Part shown: piece by piece, positions 59,799 to 64,000 of the stretch
How positions within the stretch are numbered: position 1 is the first letter of the stretch
How the letters are laid out: every line of letters begins with the position of its first letter
DNA from: an uncultured bacterium
GTDB taxonomy: Bacteria; Krumholzibacteriota; Krumholzibacteriia; Krumholzibacteriales; Krumholzibacteriaceae
Assembly (NCBI GenBank): GCA_965371515.1
Contig: CBDUYR010000005.1
Span: 9,312 to 73,311, forward strand
Direction: 5' to 3'
Length of the DNA: 64,000 nucleotides
Notes under the pieces: model-generated
What the model saw: only the letters and a program-made list of their open reading frames with translations
Databases searched by the model: none
Told to the model about the DNA's origin: nothing
Translations under genes and position numbers: made by a program

Positions 59799-60707
59799 TT
59801 ATTCCTCCGGGATATTCCTGTACATCTCTATGATCTCCCCGCCACCCTTCTCAAAAAGGTCCTCGACAAGCGATCCCACTACGTTCAACTCATCCCCGGC
59901 CCATCCGTGTATCTCCGATGCGATTTTCGTCGATCCGTCGGGAGAGGCGATCACCGCGCTGAGCTCGTACTCGCCGTCCTCGAACTCGGCGAGAACGCCT
60001 ATGCCGCCCTTTCCGTCCCTGGACATCGTCCCGAGAAACGTCCTCTCGAGGATGACCTCTGCGAAACTTGCCGGATGATTGATCTCCCGCACGACCCCGG
60101 CGGCCTTCCTGTCCCCGGCGCGGACGATCAGCACGACGGCGCCCTGGCCGGCCGGCGGCATGCAGATCGACGGCGTGAATACCTCCACCACTTCATCCTG
60201 CCTGCCGAGCAACTCCACTTCCCAGGCTCGGGCCACAAAACCTCCGGTCTCGCCGTGATCGAGCATCTCCCTGAGTCCGGCGTAATCCTCGTCGCAATCG
60301 ACGAAATCGATATCGTCGCGGTAGTTGAGAAGCTGGCCCTTCAGTCCGGGGTCGCCGACTGCGATAGATATGTCGGCCGGCAGTTCGTCGAGGATCGTCT
60401 CCTCTTTCGATATAATGACGTTGAAGGGATTGCCCCTCTTCATCATCGCCCCTATCTCCAGCTTCCTGCTGAATTTCAGCGGGAGTTCGCCGGCCTCCAC
60501 AACGGCTATGTCCGCCCGGCCCCTAGATACGAGCCCGAGGAGAGCTGAGATCTCCGATACCGCCCGGCTGCGCGAAGAAATCTCCGAATAATCGGAGAAC
60601 TCGACGTTCCCGGACGATTCCCTCAGCGCCTCGATCACCGAAGCGGTGCTCGCCTTCGAGGCGAGATCGGCCTTCCCCGCTACGACCATAGCCGTGGACT
60701 TTGCCAT
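59799..60707 (-). CDS. Porphobilinogen-deaminase (HemC)-like protein with non-conserved catalytic/cofactor residues
   Basis: MPPAGQGAVVLIVR (compare HemC LPAVGQGAVGIECR), ADIAVVEAGELP (compare ADIAVHSMKDVP), ERTFL...GKGGIGVLAEF (compare ERAFL..EGGCQVPIGSYAEL); the cofactor-binding Cys and the KD dyad are apparently absent. Confidence 0.45.
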   Translation of the reverse strand: MAKSTAMVVAGKADLASKASTASVIEALRESSGNVEFSDYSEISSRSRAVSEISALLGLVSRGRADIAVVEAGELPLKFSRKLEIGAMMKRGNPFNVIISKEETILDELPADISIAVGDPGLKGQLLNYRDDIDFVDCDEDYAGLREMLDHGETGGFVARAWEVELLGRQDEVVEVFTPSICMPPAGQGAVVLIVRAGDRKAAGVVREINHPASFAEVILERTFLGTMSRDGKGGIGVLAEFEDGEYELSAVIASPDGSTKIASEIHGWAGDELNVVGSLVEDLFEKGGGEIIEMYRNIPEE

Positions 60708-60801
60708 TCGTTCCTGTTCCTTCTGAGTGAAAAGGATGACGCATTATGCGTACGCGGAAGAATCTATCACAAGGAGATTGTCGTGTAAAGAGCGGGAAAG
60801 C

Positions 60802-61926
60802 TCAGTCGTTGTGAACGGCCATGCTGGAGGAAGAGACGCCGCACTCGGAGAGTATCCGCTCGGCCTTCTCCCTCGACATGTCGAAGGTGACCATCCTGCG
60901 CAGGGCGAAAACAAATATCACCAGCTCGAACGCGGCGGCCACAGCGAGTGCCGCTGCGTAACCGAGGATCGTCAGGATACCGAGTGCTCCGAATACTGCC
61001 GAGAGCGACCACAATATCAGATCGACCTTCCTCGTCGAGCCGCATCCGAAGAGAAGGATGTGGTGGATGTGCATGTGATCCGCCTCGAAGGGCGGCCTTC
61101 CGCTCAACACCCTCCTTGTGAAGGCCAGTCCCGTATCGAGAAGCGGAACACTGAGAATGATCACCGCTCCCAGCGAGCGCATAAGAATATTTGTACCCGG
61201 CACAAGCACGATCAGCGAGATCAGCCCGAACATCATCCCGAAGAAGAGGCTGCCGGAGTCTCCCATGAATATCCTCGCCGGCGGGAAGTTGTACCTGAGA
61301 AAGGCCAGCGCCGCACCCAGGACGGCCAGCGAGAGGGCGGCCACCATCGGCTGTCCCAGCATAAGTCCCGCAACGGCGAACGCGGCCGCGCTGATTGCGG
61401 CGATACCGGAGGCGAGTCCGTCGATCCCGTCTATGAGATTGAAAGAGGTCGTAATCGTCAGCATCCAGAAGGCGACCAGGGCGAATGCGAGCAGCGCCAC
61501 GGGCATGGAGAGGTTGATCAGGCCGAAGTGCTCGAGAAGCCCCAGGCCTCCGGCGGCGACGAATATCGAGACCGTGATCTGGAAAAACAGTTTATACAGA
61601 TAATGAAGAGACCTGAGATCATCGATGATGCCGAGCAAAAAGATCAAAAACCCGCTTGCGATCAAGACCGGCAGGAACGCCCTGTTGACCGGGTGCTGCG
61701 GCAGGAAGAACAGGAATACAGATATCAGGGAAAAGATAATGGCTCCGATGATCGCCACACCGCCAATGTGGGCGATCTCTCCCCTGCCCGTGCGCCCGTT
61801 CGGTTTATCGGTGATCCGCCAGCGCACCGCAATCCCGATCGCCATCGGCGTGAGGATCAGGCCCAGGATGGCCGAGATAGCAAAGGTAATGATATAATCT
61901 GTCGCCGACAAGGCACACCCTCCCAT
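60802..61926 (-). CDS. Glycosyltransferase family 4 polyprenyl-phosphate sugar-1-phosphate transferase (WecA/MraY-like)
   Basis: 10-11 TM helices; IDGIDGLASG and FMGDSGSLFFG motifs. Confidence 0.7.
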   Translation of the reverse strand: MGGCALSATDYIITFAISAILGLILTPMAIGIAVRWRITDKPNGRTGRGEIAHIGGVAIIGAIIFSLISVFLFFLPQHPVNRAFLPVLIASGFLIFLLGIIDDLRSLHYLYKLFFQITVSIFVAAGGLGLLEHFGLINLSMPVALLAFALVAFWMLTITTSFNLIDGIDGLASGIAAISAAAFAVAGLMLGQPMVAALSLAVLGAALAFLRYNFPPARIFMGDSGSLFFGMMFGLISLIVLVPGTNILMRSLGAVIILSVPLLDTGLAFTRRVLSGRPPFEADHMHIHHILLFGCGSTRKVDLILWSLSAVFGALGILTILGYAAALAVAAAFELVIFVFALRRMVTFDMSREKAERILSECGVSSSSMAVHND

Positions 61927-62024
61927 TCGTGTTATTTTAAGAATCGTTTATGTTGGAAACCTTGTCAAGGACGAGTTGATACCCCGCATACCCCGGATAG
62001 AATCTTTACAATCCCGTTATCCCT

Positions 62025-63566
62025 TTATTTTAAACGCTTTATGAACGGGCGGAGCATCGGTTCGACAAGCCTGAGGAGATCGTCCTTTTCAACCGCTTTG
62101 ACCGCGAGAAGCGAGAAAAGGAATACCGCCGACAGCAGGGCGGCATAAACGACAGTCATCGGCAGCCCGGACGGCTCCGGGACTGACCGCGTGTAGATCG
62201 ACCAGATCAGCACAGCCGCGCCTGTGATCCTGACCGCCCTGGAAAGGTCCCCTTTTCTGCGCAGCCCGCCGATCTCGCGCGAGACGGCCGCCAGACCGAG
62301 GATCTCGATCGGGAGGTACGAAAGAAGCGTCGACACGACCGCACCCTCCGCTCCCCATCTGGGGATCAGGAGGGCATTGAGAATAAAATTCATTCCGGCC
62401 CCCGCGATGGTCAGCTTTGCGTACGTCCCTGCCCTGTTCGCAGCGATCAGCCCGGGTAGAATTACCGATCCGACACTGCGCATCACGATCAGCGGGATAA
62501 ACAGGACTAGTATCCCTGCCGATGCGGCGAACTTGTCGGAGAAAAGCCCCGTCACGAGCGGTTTAGCCAGACAGGCGAACACGGTCGCGACGCATGCAGA
62601 GTAAGCGAATGATGCCGTGATCGACCGGTTGACCAGATCGCTGCAGCGCTGCCTGTCGCCCGATGCCCAGGCGCCGGCCAGGGCGGGCCTCAGCGTCATC
62701 ACCAGCGCGAACATCGGGAAGAGCGAAGTCTCGAGGAGATTTCTCGCCATCGAGTAGATCCCCACGTCAACGGCGCCCCGGAAATATCCGAGCATGATCT
62801 TGTCGAGCAGCGAGTATATCGTCACCGACGCTCCGCTGACTGCGAGCGTCGCACTGAGGCGCCAGAGGCGCGTCCTCATCTCGCGGATCCGCTCCGGCGA
62901 GACCCTTTCCGTCCCTCTCGCCGAGAGATAGACGATGACCGCCGCGCCCGTGATCGCCGCGGCGGCTATGTACGCCCATATCACCCCGGTCGTTCCCAGA
63001 GCGAGAGATGCGGCGGTGGCAACCAGCCCGATCCTGATCGCGAGCATCACGGCACGCATGGCGAAGAGCATCCTGAACTTTTTCAGGCCGAGCATGATCA
63101 ACGCGGCGAGCTCGTTGAAGCTGACCGACAGTATCACCAGCCCGCCGAGCCGGAACAGCGGCTCCAGTTCAGGATCACTGTAGAGTGCGGCGATGGTCGG
63201 CGCCAGGAGAAATGCCGCAACGGATGTCGGAAGGGTGAACGCGAGGCGCAGCAGGAATGCAGCCCTCGCGAGCGGGCGGATCAGGACCGGCGAGGAAACG
63301 GCGTATTCGGAGACGAGCCTCGATCCCGCCCCGTCGATACCGAACTTCGCGAAGATCAGGAAGATCGTCGCCACCGCCATCGTCAGATTTATCAGGCCCG
63401 CCGCGCGCGGACCCATCGTCCTCGCGACGATCAGTGCCACGACGAACGCGCTTATCAGGGGGAGTGCCGTCGAACCGAAGGTCCAGAAATAGCCCGAGGC
63501 GAGGGATTCCTTGCCGGCATTGCGGTTGCTGTTGGAATTCCGGTCATCTATCTGTCGATCGTTCAT
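62025..63566 (-). CDS. Polysaccharide biosynthesis flippase (Wzx, MOP superfamily)
   Basis: 513 aa, about 14 TM helices, typical Wzx/RfbX composition. Confidence 0.65.
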   Translation of the reverse strand: MNDRQIDDRNSNSNRNAGKESLASGYFWTFGSTALPLISAFVVALIVARTMGPRAAGLINLTMAVATIFLIFAKFGIDGAGSRLVSEYAVSSPVLIRPLARAAFLLRLAFTLPTSVAAFLLAPTIAALYSDPELEPLFRLGGLVILSVSFNELAALIMLGLKKFRMLFAMRAVMLAIRIGLVATAASLALGTTGVIWAYIAAAAITGAAVIVYLSARGTERVSPERIREMRTRLWRLSATLAVSGASVTIYSLLDKIMLGYFRGAVDVGIYSMARNLLETSLFPMFALVMTLRPALAGAWASGDRQRCSDLVNRSITASFAYSACVATVFACLAKPLVTGLFSDKFAASAGILVLFIPLIVMRSVGSVILPGLIAANRAGTYAKLTIAGAGMNFILNALLIPRWGAEGAVVSTLLSYLPIEILGLAAVSREIGGLRRKGDLSRAVRITGAAVLIWSIYTRSVPEPSGLPMTVVYAALLSAVFLFSLLAVKAVEKDDLLRLVEPMLRPFIKRLK

Positions 63567-63578
63567 CAGATAACGGGA

Positions 63579-64000
63579 TCAGGGAAAATGCTTGTCGAGA
63601 ACATCGGCTATCCTGCCGGCAGTCTTCCCGTCCCACAGGGGAGGAAGGGAATGCTCCCCGATGCCCCGGTCGAGGATACCCGTCACGGCGGCCTCCACCC
63701 TGGAGGGATCGGTTCCCGCGAGGATGTTCGTACCCAGCTCGATCGTTATCGGACGCTCGGTGTTCTCACGCACAGTGACACACGGTATGCCGAGGACCGT
63801 CGTCTCCTCCTGGATCCCTCCCGAGTCGGTCACAACGATGCCTGCCGATTTCATCATCCCGATGAAATCGAGGTATCCAACCGGGTCGATCAACCTGAGT
63901 CGGTCTGATAGGGCGACAGGCGGATCGGCAGATTCGAGCATCTTCTTCGTCCGGGGGTGTATGGGGAATACAACGGGCATCCGCTCGGCCAGCCTCGAGA
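63579..64000 (-). CDS. wecB: UDP-N-acetylglucosamine 2-epimerase, C-terminal part; gene continues past window end
   Basis: ...VVTDSGGIQEETTVLGIPCVTVRENTERP...LAGT... matches the conserved WecB/MnaA C-terminal half. Confidence 0.7.
   Translation of the reverse strand, partial: SRLAERMPVVFPIHPRTKKMLESADPPVALSDRLRLIDPVGYLDFIGMMKSAGIVVTDSGGIQEETTVLGIPCVTVRENTERPITIELGTNILAGTDPSRVEAAVTGILDRGIGEHSLPPLWDGKTAGRIADVLDKHFP

Overview
This is a high-GC (about 62%) bacterial chromosomal segment that is densely coding and mostly transcribed from the minus strand. Three secreted proteins carry Por/T9SS-type C-terminal sorting domains (TIGR04183-like), and a PorX/PorY-like two-component pair sits next to them. 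This points to an FCB-superphylum-like, Gram-negative organism with outer-membrane beta-barrels, an LptD homolog and lipoproteins. Housekeeping content, from the window start: N-terminal part of class II ribonucleotide reductase NrdJ, PP2C phosphatase, GNAT, HAD hydrolase, RarA, GlpX, TPR lipoproteins, PyrE, a glycosylasparaginase-family Ntn hydrolase, the sdhCDAB operon, an MrfA/MrfB-like helicase plus exonuclease repair pair, M23 peptidase, QueH, SelD, ferredoxin, a two-unit M16 peptidase, Lpd, a LytS/LytTR two-component system, acyl-CoA dehydrogenase, HU, giant LptD, ROK kinase, FolC, AccD, PNP, RimI-TsaB-TsaE, PorX/PorY-like, SerS, a HemC-like protein, and a WecA/Wzx/WecB polysaccharide cluster that continues past the window end. 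The most notable signal is selenocysteine usage. selD has an in-frame TGA inside a perfect hairpin, at the position of the catalytic Cys/Sec of SelD. A second gene has an in-frame TGA between the two conserved N-terminal motifs of a 5'-nucleotidase-like metallophosphoesterase domain. That gene encodes a lipoprotein with degenerate phosphoesterase catalytic motifs fused to a C-terminal tetraheme cytochrome c, and it is a candidate undescribed selenoprotein. No CRISPR arrays, rRNA/tRNA genes or obvious mobile elements were seen.
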